A stretch of DNA of 64,000 nt from a virus (taxonomy: Duplodnaviria; Caudoviricetes), in the IMG/VR virus record IMGVR_UViG_3300035228_001973, positions 32,001 to 96,000 of that record, one strand, 5' to 3'. The position numbers were made by a program, and so were the translations under genes. Shown piece by piece: positions 11,701 to 19,371 of this stretch. Within the stretch, counting starts at the first letter, position 1; each line of letters opens with the position of its first letter. The notes beneath the pieces were generated by a model. That model did not search any database. It had not been told where the DNA came from and saw nothing but the letters and a program-made list of their open reading frames with translations.

Positions 11701-12722
11701 TGAGTACCAATCGGACCTTGTTGACCATTGTCTCCACTAACGGCAACTAAACCTTTGTGACCTTTTACTCCTTTAATACCTTTTACCCCCTTAAGACCCT
11801 TAACCCCTATAAGACCTTTTATACCTTTTTGCCCTGTTGGACCTTTTGGTCCTATTGGTCCTTGTGAACCGACACTGGCTATAGGTCCTTGAAGACCTTG
11901 AGTACCCACTAACCCTTTAGGTCCTTTAGTACCCTGTATACCCTTAAGACCTTTAAGACCTTTATCGGCTACATCTCCTGATTGTGACACCGGTCCTTGT
12001 GGACCAAGTAAACCTTTTTGACCTTTTTCACCTTCAACACCTTTAACACCTTTAGGTCCTTGTATTCCCTTTAAACCCTTATTACCTTTGTCACCAACAA
12101 TACCTTTATCTGAATCTGAACCTTGTGTACCTATAGGTCCTTGGCTCGCCTTTATACCAACGGCACCTTTAATACCTATCTCACCCTTAACTCCACGATT
12201 ACCTTTATCACCTTGTGGTCCTACTTCTGTAGATGTTGGCCCTTGGATACCCTTTAATCCTTTATCTCCACCAGTCTGAAACGTCCAACTGGTACCAATA
12301 GTACCTAATCTACCTTTTAGACCCTTTAACCCTTTTCTACCTTTATCTCCTTGTGGTCCATTAGTAGTTGAACCTCTACTTCCCGTAGGCCCTTGTGGTC
12401 CTTGTATTCCTTTTATACCCTTATCCCCGTCAACACCATGATTACCTTTTAGCCCTTGGGTACTACCTTTCCACCCACCAGTATCTGTAATTGACATAAC
12501 ACCATTAAATCCAACGTCATTACCTAAAATCATTGAACCTTTGATATTAACTCTATCCTCATCAATAACCACTAAGTTATCTCCATGAGTTGCACCTGAA
12601 AATGTTAACGTACCATTATCATGGACATTTAATGAAATTAAGTCACCATTTGTGTTCTCAAAAATAATATATGGAATTGTTGTACCTGTGGGTTTTGGTA
12701 CTATTATAATGTTTTTAGCCAT
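8745..12722 (-). CDS. Collagen-like fibre protein 1 with C-terminal peptidase S74 intramolecular chaperone
   Basis: 1325 aa. An N-domain of about 90 aa, roughly 1100 aa of interrupted Gly-X-Y, then SDKRLKNNIK...GFIAQDIQKVIPEVV...LDYGKL. Confidence 0.93.
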   Translation of the reverse strand: MAKNIIIVPKPTGTTIPYIIFENTNGDLISLNVHDNGTLTFSGATHGDNLVVIDEDRVNIKGSMILGNDVGFNGVMSITDTGGWKGSTQGLKGNHGVDGDKGIKGIQGPQGPTGSRGSTTNGPQGDKGRKGLKGLKGRLGTIGTSWTFQTGGDKGLKGIQGPTSTEVGPQGDKGNRGVKGEIGIKGAVGIKASQGPIGTQGSDSDKGIVGDKGNKGLKGIQGPKGVKGVEGEKGQKGLLGPQGPVSQSGDVADKGLKGLKGIQGTKGPKGLVGTQGLQGPIASVGSQGPIGPKGPTGQKGIKGLIGVKGLKGVKGIKGVKGHKGLVAVSGDNGQQGPIGTQGPIGYKGDKGLKGLLGLEGPKGFKGPQASTTIQGPQGPQGLQGNTSTDKGIKGQKGLKGIKGVKGLKPNRGTQGGIGIQASQGPTGPQGPKGDDKGQKGLKGIKGIKGVRGPLGGQGGIGNQGNIASTGDKGIKGVVGPTPFKGLKGLKGNKGLKGPKNSQGLQGPTGNGASLGNKGNRGTTSTDKGLKGPKGLKGIEGPKGPIGPQGPQSSTGTVGNQGPQGDQGPQGPTSTDKGIKGQKGLKGIKPSRGTQGGAGAQGGKGPQGPTGNRGGTGVSSSKGNRGPQSTEKGLKGPDGQRGKTSTDKGQKGPEGGRGTQAAQGAQGPASTDRGPIGNQGPNGPQSTDKGQKGPQGTQGSQAAGGPTGPQGPTNNTKGHKGLKGLKGLKGNRGPNGSRGAIGLTSTVKGYKGITSTTKGIKGQKGYKGPKGPRGNDGPRGAQGTISTVKGAKGPNNTEKGFKGPKGLKGLKGPLGVQGPQGARGTTSTVKGFKGPANSTKGPKGFKGPKGPRGGIGSQGSGGPRGANSSVQGPQGPTNSTKGQKGVKGPEGPTGLKGIKGPQGPRGTDSTVKGFIGATSGAKGLKGPKGYKGPKGNRGPQGSGGTRGTESTVKGPQGPASSVRGPQGGTGADGNKGIKGRKGPQGPQGAQSTDKGVKGFIGTSKGLKGPKGPKGPKGNRGPQGPKGLRGAQSTDKGPKGFKGIKGPQGPTGPGGLSGSGGPGGGGGPGGPTGPGGPTGPTSTEKGLKGIKGHKGIKGPQGTSGPQGPQGFQSLFTGPVGPTGNIIGPTGAGGPTGPASTERGLQGPQGATSTVKGKKGPRGFQGPQGGTGADGPIGFKGPKGDQGNKGIKGPQGPTGTGGPTGPKGPRGLQGLQGPQGPASDKRLKNNIKSLKGNLSKLKLINGVKFTWKGGATKFDGSVGDDYGFIAQDIQKVIPEVVFNSESGYLKLDYGKLVAIGIGSIQEQHTRIESIKDRVNILKSKILNG

Positions 12723-12751
12723 TGGTGTTGTTCAAAGGGTTTATGTTACTT

Positions 12752-12759
12752 TATAAATA
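12752..12759 (-). promoter_or_regulatory. TATTTATA motif (putative late promoter of the collagen operon)
   Basis: The + strand reads tataaata 29 nt upstream of ATG 12722. The same motif precedes several other structural-type genes. Confidence 0.65.
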
Positions 12760-12861
12760 CTCATAAAAAAGTTTATTAACCATTTTAAATACCGATTTGT
12801 ATTTATCATTCAACTTTTTTTTTCTATACTACACTTAATAAATATTTAAAAGTCATTTAAT

Positions 12862-13728
12862 ATGTCAAACTACATAGTACAAACCTATTCAAGAGGTGAA
12901 GACTTAACTAATCTATTAGTTAATAAGGTAATTCTTGAGATAGAAAAAGAAACTAAAAACCATAAAACAAACATACAAGTAATAAACAACAGTAACTTCA
13001 TAGTCGTTAGAGGAAATACCACACATAAAACACCAATTAACTTATCTAAATTATTTATATCATATTATAAAATACTATTCAATAGTGATATAAATTTAAA
13101 TGTTGTTGACCTTATCGAATATGACACACCTGTTGAGGAAGAATCGATTTATTTTAAAAAAACATATACTAAAGATGAGTTATCCGATTCAATAAAAAAA
13201 CAAACCTATTTAGATACGTTAAATAATAAACACTACAGGTTTACCGCTTGTACTGATTTAAACATTGTATTTACTGCAAATGATTTTAATGAAGATATCA
13301 TAAGTGATGTGTTAAATAATTTTGAGGATTATAAAATTTTAAAAAATAATTCTTCTGTTGAAACTTTTAAATCATCACAACATTACGGTAAAAACTTAAA
13401 AACATCTAAACTTTTTGAGTCGTACTTTAACTACATTGTTTATAATATATTTGAGAGAGGACTATGTCGTGACTTAACCGTTGAATTTTTTACAGACGCT
13501 AAGTTTGACACAATTAATTGGGAGAATATATCACTTAAAGTTACCTCAGACAGTTTAATGACAAGTAATGAGTGGTTAGAATCTTTAATTTTAGATTTAT
13601 TTACATTTAAACCTGATGAAATAATTAAGAGGTGGGATTTGAATGAGTATGATTTCTCAGAAGAAATCATAAGTCATTTTAATATATGGAAAGTAAAAGA
13701 TAAAGTAGGTGAAATGATATTATTTTAA
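12862..13728 (+). CDS. Degenerate S-adenosylmethionine synthetase (MetK)-fold protein
   Basis: The N-terminal FIVVRGNTT and the C-terminal YGK...Y..YI..NI...GL...E.L..L....F...P..II...DL patterns parallel MetK. The catalytic GHPDK and GGGAFSGKD motifs are absent. Confidence 0.55.
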   Translation: MSNYIVQTYSRGEDLTNLLVNKVILEIEKETKNHKTNIQVINNSNFIVVRGNTTHKTPINLSKLFISYYKILFNSDINLNVVDLIEYDTPVEEESIYFKKTYTKDELSDSIKKQTYLDTLNNKHYRFTACTDLNIVFTANDFNEDIISDVLNNFEDYKILKNNSSVETFKSSQHYGKNLKTSKLFESYFNYIVYNIFERGLCRDLTVEFFTDAKFDTINWENISLKVTSDSLMTSNEWLESLILDLFTFKPDEIIKRWDLNEYDFSEEIISHFNIWKVKDKVGEMILF

Positions 13729-14004
13729 ATATCGTTTCACCTTAACCAAAGCTTCGTCTAAATCTTCAAAGTCATCATCAGGTACCAGTAATTTTATGTT
13801 AGATGTTTTGTCACCTTTTTCAACAGTCAATAACATAAACGCAGGAATAAACTCACTATCCGTAGCCTGAACAAATAAATCATATTCATTTTTAAAGATG
13901 TCTATGTCTCTTGGTGTAAACTCAATTTTGGAGTCCTTTAACATTTTTTTCATATCATCACAATGACGACAACCTTCCATGGTGTAAACTATAACTTTTT
14001 TCAT
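13720..14004 (-). CDS. Glutaredoxin-like protein
   Basis: VIVYTMEGCRHC (CxxC) and cis-Pro motif FIPAF. Confidence 0.85.
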   Translation of the reverse strand: MKKVIVYTMEGCRHCDDMKKMLKDSKIEFTPRDIDIFKNEYDLFVQATDSEFIPAFMLLTVEKGDKTSNIKLLVPDDDFEDLDEALVKVKRYLK

Positions 14005-14031
14005 TTTAATATAATTTTATTACGTCAATAC

Positions 14032-14352
14032 CTACAATATTTTATTTGCCATTTCAATAATTTGATTCTCTTGGACTAACCCTATTTTTGTTTCAACGTT
14101 TTTTCCTTCATTGAATGCTAATAATGCCGGTATTGAGCGAACACCTAATTTTGTAGACATTTGATTGTCAGACTCAATATTAAATTTATATAGATTAACT
14201 TCATGACCTTCACTTATCATTTTTTTATCAACACTTTCAATTATTCTAGATAACATTCTACATGGTCCACACCAATCAGCATACATATCTACTATAAATT
14301 TTTCACCACTATTAATTTTTTCTTGTAATTCTTCTGAGTTTAATGTTCTCAT
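14032..14352 (-). CDS. trxA: Thioredoxin
   Basis: YADWCGPC and GVRSIP motifs. Confidence 0.95.
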   Translation of the reverse strand: MRTLNSEELQEKINSGEKFIVDMYADWCGPCRMLSRIIESVDKKMISEGHEVNLYKFNIESDNQMSTKLGVRSIPALLAFNEGKNVETKIGLVQENQIIEMANKIL

Positions 14353-14353
14353 C

Positions 14354-14722
14354 TTATATTGTTTTTAAATTTTTATAACTTCTTAAAAAGAAAATCATAC
14401 TGTCTGATGATTCTTCTTTACAAATCGTATAGAACTTATAAGTATTTTCGTCCTTCCTTTTAATGAAATATAAGTAATTAAAAGTTTCCGAAAACCTTAT
14501 AAGACCTTCTTTTAATATTGCTTGACCACCATTAAAGAATTTGTGTGACCAAATAATCTCATTTTTTTCTAACATTCGGTTTAAAGCCTCATGAGTGTAA
14601 AACTCAGTTTCAATAACTGTTGATAAAGTATGAGTACCTTTACCAATTAGATTATTAACGTGAGTTAATACTTCTTTAGGTAAAAGATACTCTTCTTTAT
14701 TATTTTGGTTATTGTTTTCCAT
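14354..14722 (-). CDS. Hypothetical protein
   Basis: 122-aa ORF tightly packed in the operon. Confidence 0.7.
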   Translation of the reverse strand: MENNNQNNKEEYLLPKEVLTHVNNLIGKGTHTLSTVIETEFYTHEALNRMLEKNEIIWSHKFFNGGQAILKEGLIRFSETFNYLYFIKRKDENTYKFYTICKEESSDSMIFFLRSYKNLKTI

Positions 14723-15858
14723 TACTCGGTTTCTCTTTCTAATGGTTCAGTCAAAACCATTTCTTTAACTTCATCACTTACTTTCACATCGCTATACATA
14801 TTATGTAAAGTTTTATATAACTCTTCAGAATTAATAATCGATTCATTAATAATATTAATTATTCGATAAGGGTCAGCATTTGATGCGGGTCTTCTATCTT
14901 CAACATATCCTTTCCATTCTTTTTCCGTTGATATTGGGACTCTAATAGATGCACCTCGGTCAGATACTCCCCAACTAAACTTATGTATTGATTGTGTTTC
15001 GTGGTCACCCGTTAATCTCATATCATTAGATGAACCATAACACTTAATATGTTCCATATGTCTCGATTCAAATGTCTTAAATATAGCATCAAAATATTGT
15101 TTTCCACCTTCTTCTCTCATTTTTGTATTTGAAAAATTACAATGTAATCCTGAACCATTCCAATCACCAGTAACAGGTTTAGGGTGATATTCAATATTAA
15201 ACCCATAGTCCTCAGACATTTGATTTAATATGTATCTTGAAACCCACAAGTCATCACCTGACTTTAATTTACCTTTACCTAATACTTGATATTCCCATTG
15301 ACCTAACATTACCTCAGCATTTGTACCTGTCACCTCAATTCCCGCCATGATACAATTTTCCATGTGTTGTTCAACAAAAAGTCTACCATTAACTTGACCA
15401 TTACCCACACCACAATAGTATTTACCTTGTGGTTCAGGAAAACCATCTTTAGGGAAACCAATCGGTTTTCCATCTTTCATAATGGTATATTCTTGTTCAA
15501 ATCCAAACCATAAATCAGTTTCGTTGTCATCACCTATTAGCGCTCTAGTGTTTGAATCGTGTGGTGAGCCGTCAGGATTGAGTACCTCACAAAACACAAG
15601 ATAAGAATCCAACACTCCTTTATTAAGTGGGTTAGGGTATAACCTAACAGGATTTAAAGTACAGTCCGAAAAATTACCTTCAGCTTGTTTAGTGGAAGAA
15701 CCATCAAATCCCCATTGAGGACAATCATTTAATGAAACTCCGTGTAGTTTCTTACCTTTTACTTCATGTAATTTAGCGTCTACTACTTTTACCTTACTTC
15801 TTAGGTTTGGTTCAGGACTATACCCGTCCAACCATATATATTCTAACTTTATCTTCAT
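14722..15858 (-). CDS. glnII: Glutamine synthetase type II
   Basis: EYIWLDG, FDGSST, GFEQEY, NAEVMLGQWEYQ, DWNGSGLHCNFS, DRGASIRVP and EDRRPASN motifs. Confidence 0.95.
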   Translation of the reverse strand: MKIKLEYIWLDGYSPEPNLRSKVKVVDAKLHEVKGKKLHGVSLNDCPQWGFDGSSTKQAEGNFSDCTLNPVRLYPNPLNKGVLDSYLVFCEVLNPDGSPHDSNTRALIGDDNETDLWFGFEQEYTIMKDGKPIGFPKDGFPEPQGKYYCGVGNGQVNGRLFVEQHMENCIMAGIEVTGTNAEVMLGQWEYQVLGKGKLKSGDDLWVSRYILNQMSEDYGFNIEYHPKPVTGDWNGSGLHCNFSNTKMREEGGKQYFDAIFKTFESRHMEHIKCYGSSNDMRLTGDHETQSIHKFSWGVSDRGASIRVPISTEKEWKGYVEDRRPASNADPYRIINIINESIINSEELYKTLHNMYSDVKVSDEVKEMVLTEPLERETE

Positions 15859-15859
15859 A

Positions 15860-16459
15860 TTATTCTGTTTCTGTTAATTCCTCAATTGGTTCACCATCAG
15901 TTATTACTAACTCGTGACATAACCCCAATAAAGATTGTTGATTTTCATATAGACTCTCATAGAATTCTTGAGATACATCATCGTACTTTTCATCATCCCA
16001 ATCCATATCCTCAAGCGGATTTTCAATATCATTGTCTTCTTCTTCCCAAATACATGGTGTACCATCTCTATCTTTTTTAATCACAATCGCACCAATCGGA
16101 CTGTAAGTTTCATCTTCGTATGTCACTTCAATTTCTACATTCTCATCTAATGTAACACACAGGTTATATAGATGGATGAAAAATTGTTTTGGTGGATACC
16201 AAGCAGATTCAATAGAAAACTCCCCATCGTTTTGAACATCATACAATGTGGTCCATTTAGAACCTAAATTTTCATTAGACCATGTGTTTAAGACACTACG
16301 GTCTTCAGTTAATTCAACATCATTATAAAATGCTGTTGCGAATGCGGTAATAGGACTGTCACTATCATTATTATTAATATTATCTACCATTGAATCAATT
16401 AGTTTAATTGACTCATCGTTACCTTTAATGGTAACAAAACTTTTTAAATTATTTGCCAT
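15860..16459 (-). CDS. Acidic hypothetical protein (YubB/DUF1281 ferredoxin-like)
   Basis: W..EN.GSKW and ESAWYPP motifs. Confidence 0.55.
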   Translation of the reverse strand: MANNLKSFVTIKGNDESIKLIDSMVDNINNNDSDSPITAFATAFYNDVELTEDRSVLNTWSNENLGSKWTTLYDVQNDGEFSIESAWYPPKQFFIHLYNLCVTLDENVEIEVTYEDETYSPIGAIVIKKDRDGTPCIWEEEDNDIENPLEDMDWDDEKYDDVSQEFYESLYENQQSLLGLCHELVITDGEPIEELTETE

Positions 16460-16463
16460 ATCT

Positions 16464-16667
16464 TTATTCTTCTATTAATTCAGGCCACTCGGTGTCCTCT
16501 AATACTTTATCTCTTACCAAATCAAAATCATCCACTACTTCATCATGAACTTCATCTTGGAGGTCATCATCTCCACTTTTCCATCTCTTAACTTGGTCCT
16601 CTGTTAATTCTTCTGTGTCTTCCCAACGAACTGTTGTGATAATCACTTTTCTTCTTAGTTTTGCCAT
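16464..16667 (-). CDS. Small acidic hypothetical protein
   Basis: 67-aa ORF in the operon. Confidence 0.65.
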   Translation of the reverse strand: MAKLRRKVIITTVRWEDTEELTEDQVKRWKSGDDDLQDEVHDEVVDDFDLVRDKVLEDTEWPELIEE

Positions 16668-16712
16668 TTTCTTTTTTATTTATTATTATTCGTTTATTCT
16701 TGTTCAGACATT

Positions 16713-16991
16713 TTAACTCACCTTTTCTTTTCGGCGACTTTTCCAATCTCTATCCATTTTATTTACCCTACGTTTATTAGTTGACTTAGTATTAGGAAAC
16801 CGACTAAAGTTACCCATTCCGTCCATATCCATATCATCCGCCTTAGGTTCTACCATTTGACCATGTCTATCGTAATAATTAGGATAGTTTTCTTCTCTTT
16901 GTTTTCTAGCACCGTAGAATATATTCCAAATTGTAAAGTAGATATAAGCTCCAAAAATAACTCCACCCACTATAAAGAATGCTAAATTCAT
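16713..16991 (-). CDS. Small membrane protein (start revised to MNLAFF)
   Basis: ATG 16991 overlaps the upstream stop; N-terminal hydrophobic helix. Confidence 0.65.
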   Translation of the reverse strand: MNLAFFIVGGVIFGAYIYFTIWNIFYGARKQREENYPNYYDRHGQMVEPKADDMDMDGMGNFSRFPNTKSTNKRRVNKMDRDWKSRRKEKVS

Positions 16992-17176
16992 GTTGTACGT
17001 CTTTGTCTGATTACTATCGCAAATAGGAGGATAGTTCCTGGCCAATGTGCTGAGTATTGAGCCTCTTCTGTGTAACCAGCCAATCCTAAACCTACTGAAT
17101 ATAGTAGACACATAAATGCAAAGATTACTGGGTACCAGCTCTGAAAAAATTTACTTATCTTTTTCATTTTTATCAT
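16988..17176 (-). CDS. Small two-TM membrane protein
   Basis: Two hydrophobic segments; start at ATG 17176 or 17167. Confidence 0.6.
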   Translation of the reverse strand: MIKMKKISKFFQSWYPVIFAFMCLLYSVGLGLAGYTEEAQYSAHWPGTILLFAIVIRQRRTT

Positions 17177-17180
17177 TTTT

Positions 17181-17555
17181 TTAATATTCGTTTTCTCCGT
17201 ATGCCAATGCTTGAAATCCACCGGTTTTTGTCCACTCTTCATTTGGTACACCTACTTGAATAGATTCATCACATCCCTTAGTACGAGAATCGAAGAACTC
17301 ATTTTCAACATAAGCTTCTTCCATACATAAATCATATACGGCATCCTCACCATAAACTTCTTTATTAGTTTCGTTCTCATAGAATTCATATTCATTCCAC
17401 ACTTCGTTTTGTAGATAGTTTACCAATTCTTGTTCTGAATCGCCTTCATATGGTGGTACACACTTTCTTAATGCGTCTACGTTAACCTCAATAGGTTTAC
17501 TTGCTGATGAGATTGTCCAAGTCTCAATTTTACGGACATAAATTTTTTCTGACAT
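17181..17555 (-). CDS. Acidic hypothetical protein
   Basis: 124-aa ORF downstream of a promoter-like sequence. Confidence 0.7.
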   Translation of the reverse strand: MSEKIYVRKIETWTISSASKPIEVNVDALRKCVPPYEGDSEQELVNYLQNEVWNEYEFYENETNKEVYGEDAVYDLCMEEAYVENEFFDSRTKGCDESIQVGVPNEEWTKTGGFQALAYGENEY

Positions 17556-17589
17556 ATTTTTATTTATTAGATTTAATTTAACTCACTAA

Positions 17590-17618
17590 ATTATAATCAT
17601 AAAAAAAGAGGTAGTCAA
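17590..17618 (-). promoter_or_regulatory. Sigma70-type promoter TTGACT-N17-TATAAT
   Basis: The + strand has attata at 17590-17595 and agtcaa at 17613-17618, with a 17-nt spacer. Confidence 0.6.
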
Positions 17619-17638
17619 CCTACCTCTTAATTTTTTTT
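17601..17638. terminator. Intrinsic terminator hairpin
   Basis: aagaggtag-tcaac-ctacctctt flanked by A and T tracts, directly after the 17642 gene. Confidence 0.7.
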
Positions 17639-17641
17639 ACC

Positions 17642-19330
17642 TTAAAATGGTAAATCGATATTACCTATGTCATCAATTTCATCTTCATTATCCCACCTAA
17701 GAATAACCCCATCGTATTTAGACTTTCTGGTAATAATCCTACCACTTCTATAAACTTTAGAAAGTTCAGGTGTTTTTAATGTATCACTTCGATATAGTGA
17801 ATTTATCTTATCGTCTAAAATTTCTAATATTGTGTCCCACATAGGAGTTAATTTACTATTTTTACTACCAAGTGATTGCACTCTTTTTAATGTGTTACCG
17901 ATAAATCGATATTCTATCGTAGCCCGTAGTTTACTATCTTTACTACCAACCCTCAATGAAATAATAATATTATTTGGGTTTTCAACATAAGTTCTAACAC
18001 AATTCTTTTGAGTTTGTGACTCTTCATTGTAATCGTTGGTAGTCATCAATACTTTAGGATAATACTCGACACCCACTAAATCGGTAACACTACCTTCAAT
18101 TAAGCTTGTAACTCCGTCCCCATAATATCTAGTTACCACACCTTTCCTATACGATTGTAGTAGTTCAGATACATCATAGTGTTCATTATTAAATTGTTCA
18201 ATATCTTTAAATTTAACTTTAAACTTATGTCCGTGTTTATCTTCTAATTCTTTAACCATGTTAAAGTGTTCGATAAGTGAATGTAGGTTTAATCCGTCAT
18301 TTAAAACATTAACAATATTTTGTTTATGAAAATTACTCGTCTCTAAATTGACTTTTTCAACTTTAAAGTTTGAGGAAAAATGAAGATTACTTTTAACAAA
18401 TACACTACTATTAACTTTGTTAAAGTAATCCACACCAAGTAAAGTATACACTTTATTTAAGACTTCAAAATCTAAATCATGACCGACATTTAAAATCTTA
18501 CGAATTTTTCTACCATTTAATTCATTAACATTCATATATAAAGAAACTAAATTGGTTTGTTTTCTTAATAATTTTTTAGGTATCGATAACTGAACATATT
18601 CTCTATAGTTATTAGGGTATTTAAATTTATTGGTCTCCAAATATAGTTGGAAAAATTTAACCTCATAATCTTTACCTCTTATATCTTTATTGACACCACA
18701 TCTTTCTTTAATTCTACTTAAAAAAATATCCATAATATCGTTAGAGTGCTCACACCTATCGCTATATTTCTTTGTAACCTGCCATGAAAGTTTTGAGTTT
18801 TCTTTAGGGACTCTTTTAGAAAAGTTATTGTTACGTAATTCGTTATCTCTTAAATGTCTCCTTATTTCTAAATTTAAAGAACTAAAAACATGTCCGTTGA
18901 AGTCATTAACTCTAACTTTTTTACTTAATATTTTTTTATTTTTTTTACTTATTGTGCCCGAATAAAAATTATTGTATTTAAAATTATATGTTATGTAGGT
19001 GAGGTATTTTCGAACCCTAAAATAGGATGACCCGACTCTTCTAATTCTTTCAGTTTGATATACCTTACATGAAATTTTATTAGGATACTCTTCAACAACT
19101 ATAGTTACTTTTTCTGAACTAACCTTAGATACCGTATTACCGTAATTAGATTTGAATTCTTCCTCGGAAACTTTATCGGTTTCTAATTCTGCCCAACACC
19201 CATATTTATTTTCATTTAATCTTTTAGTGTATTCTCTGACAGAATTATCACCTATCTCATTATACGTATGGTATTTAGTAACCAAATACGTATCAATAAC
19301 TTTTTTATAATGTAATGTTTTTTTATCCAC
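17642..19330 (-). CDS. PcfJ-domain protein
   Basis: C-terminal EESQTQKNCVRTY...IISLR...RATIEY...QSLG..N pattern. Confidence 0.7.
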   Translation of the reverse strand: MDKKTLHYKKVIDTYLVTKYHTYNEIGDNSVREYTKRLNENKYGCWAELETDKVSEEEFKSNYGNTVSKVSSEKVTIVVEEYPNKISCKVYQTERIRRVGSSYFRVRKYLTYITYNFKYNNFYSGTISKKNKKILSKKVRVNDFNGHVFSSLNLEIRRHLRDNELRNNNFSKRVPKENSKLSWQVTKKYSDRCEHSNDIMDIFLSRIKERCGVNKDIRGKDYEVKFFQLYLETNKFKYPNNYREYVQLSIPKKLLRKQTNLVSLYMNVNELNGRKIRKILNVGHDLDFEVLNKVYTLLGVDYFNKVNSSVFVKSNLHFSSNFKVEKVNLETSNFHKQNIVNVLNDGLNLHSLIEHFNMVKELEDKHGHKFKVKFKDIEQFNNEHYDVSELLQSYRKGVVTRYYGDGVTSLIEGSVTDLVGVEYYPKVLMTTNDYNEESQTQKNCVRTYVENPNNIIISLRVGSKDSKLRATIEYRFIGNTLKRVQSLGSKNSKLTPMWDTILEILDDKINSLYRSDTLKTPELSKVYRSGRIITRKSKYDGVILRWDNEDEIDDIGNIDLPF

Positions 19331-19334
19331 ACCA

Positions 19335-19342
19335 CAAATGTA
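19335..19342 (-). promoter_or_regulatory. Bacteroidota -7 promoter element TACATTTG
   Basis: Matches TAnnTTTG, 4 nt before the GTG at 19330. Confidence 0.55.
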
Positions 19343-19371
19343 ATTAAAATAAAGTAATAAAAAAAGAGGAA

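Noticed and set aside
434-12279. Many short ORFs on both strands within the collagen genes (Leu/Val-rich, Pro-rich or KDHKV-type)
   Set aside because: They are shadow frames of Gly-X-Y codon periodicity, fully nested in the long collagen ORFs.
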